The notes under the pieces are model-generated. The model was not told where the DNA came from, made no database searches, and worked only from the letters and a program-made list of their open reading frames with translations. Shown here one piece after another: positions 62,939 through 64,000 of a stretch of DNA of 64,000 bases. The position numbers and the translations under genes are program-made. Within the stretch, counting starts at the first letter, position 1, and every line of letters begins with the position of its first letter. This DNA comes from Camelus ferus (lineage: Eukaryota). Where the stretch lies: the NCBI RefSeq assembly GCF_009834535.1, contig NC_045697.1, positions 18,416,001 through 18,480,000 on the forward strand. The letters run 5' to 3'.

Positions 62939-63264
62939 AGGATGGAGGAGAAAGTTTGTGTGAAGGTGAAGAGAGATGCAGCAATGGGAACTGAAAAGGA
63001 GAGGAAAACGCAAGGAAAGTAGGATGCTAGAGACTCAGAAAGGTGAGAAGGGCGGGCTTGATGTCTGTGAGAGGACCCAAAGCTCGACTGGGGACCTTGC
63101 CACGTGCCCAGAGAGTGGAAAATGGCCCACCGTGGGATTGGGCAGCCAGAGAGCCCGGCAGGGAGAGGCTGGGAAACTGAAGGGAAAGTCTCCAGTCTGA
63201 GCTTCTGCAGACAGAGGGCAGAGATAACATGAGGAAGATGGAGAAGGTGGATGATAGTGACCCG

Positions 63265-63860
63265 CACTCACACTATGCAAGGAACGGTGTCACTAGCGTC
63301 TAGACAAGCATCCTCACTGCGACCGTGTTCCGCCAGCGAGCACCTGAGACTCAGGGACTTGAGGACCCAGCTGGGTCCTTGACGACCGTCTGAGCCCACG
63401 ATGGCACCTTCATCACCAAGCTCCACGTGTGAGGCACAAGACAGTGGGGCCGCGAGAGAAGACACGGGGATGCGGCCCGAGACAGGAGATGGGTCTCAGC
63501 GATTTTGAAGGCAGGTGCGGAAGAAGGGCGGGGCGCGAGCAGCGGAGGCGGACACCGGAGCGGGATTCGCCGGGAAGCTGCCCCGCAGCCCCCGCCCCAG
63601 CCCCGAGTTTCCCAGCCGAGCGGCTCCCGCGACAGCAAGGGCCTGCGAGCATCCCCAGGAGGGGGCAGCAGCGCCCCGCGGAAGGCCCGCCGCTCCCAGG
63701 CCGGCAGGCGCGGGGGAGGTGCGCTACTGCTCCGCCCGCAGGTGGGTGGGGGGCCCCGGGCCAGCCCAGCAGGCCTGCCGGGTTTGCTGCTCCCCCACGG
63801 GCCCTAGCTCTCCTCCCGGGTTTCGCCCACTCGGGAGCAACCTCCGAAAGCCCAACTCCT
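63265..63860. promoter_or_regulatory. CpG island, probable promoter or enhancer
   Basis: Abrupt rise in GC and CpG relative to the rest of the window; GC boxes GGGCGGGGC (63526-63534) and CCCCGCCCC (63590-63598). Confidence 0.8.
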
Positions 63861-64000
63861 GAATCTGCACACAGTGCTCAGCCTTTAGGATCATCATTGT
63901 CCACCTTCTCCCCCTCCTCTCCCCTTTTTATCTCAGACCTCCTCTGTCCACAGAAGCTCAGACTGGAGAATTTCCCCACAGTTTCCCAGTCTCTTATCGC

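Noticed and set aside
63351..63862. Overlapping ORFs in the CpG island
   Set aside because: They are low-complexity translations expected from stop-poor GC-rich DNA, with no recognised protein.
1..64000. CRISPR array, operon or other prokaryotic or novel multi-gene system
   Set aside because: No regularly spaced repeat-spacer structure and no long coding ORFs; the content is typical repeat-rich mammalian non-coding DNA.

Overview
This is mammalian genomic DNA, most likely from a camelid (alpaca, llama or camel). The main clue is three tRNA-Ala(AGC)-derived SINEs of the Vic-1 type, alongside a recurring young L1 3' end; I recognised no Alu, B1, BovB/Bov-tA or PRE1. The window is intergenic or deep-intronic and dominated by decayed transposable elements: MIR, L2, old and young L1, many MaLR (MLT1) and ERVL LTRs, ERV1-type solo LTRs, and hAT DNA transposons (MER5, MER45A, MER96 and a Zaphod/Tip100-like transposase relic). 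I recognise no protein-coding exon, functional RNA gene or CRISPR array, and the ORF track is explained by chance ORFs and TE fragments. The non-repeat signals worth following are a CpG island with GC boxes at the right end (about 63.27-63.86 kb), six AP-1 sites clustered at 55.5-57.6 kb, two strong convergent CTCF motifs (34.2 and 40.35 kb), a paired TCF/LEF module at 9.8 kb and a repeat-poor homeobox-motif block at 32.7-33.9 kb. There is also a three-level nested LTR at about 43.1-44.9 kb whose innermost LTR keeps an apparently intact promoter. I found no evidence of a novel biological system. Repeat family names are from memory of consensus sequences, and most boundaries are approximate unless a TSD is cited.
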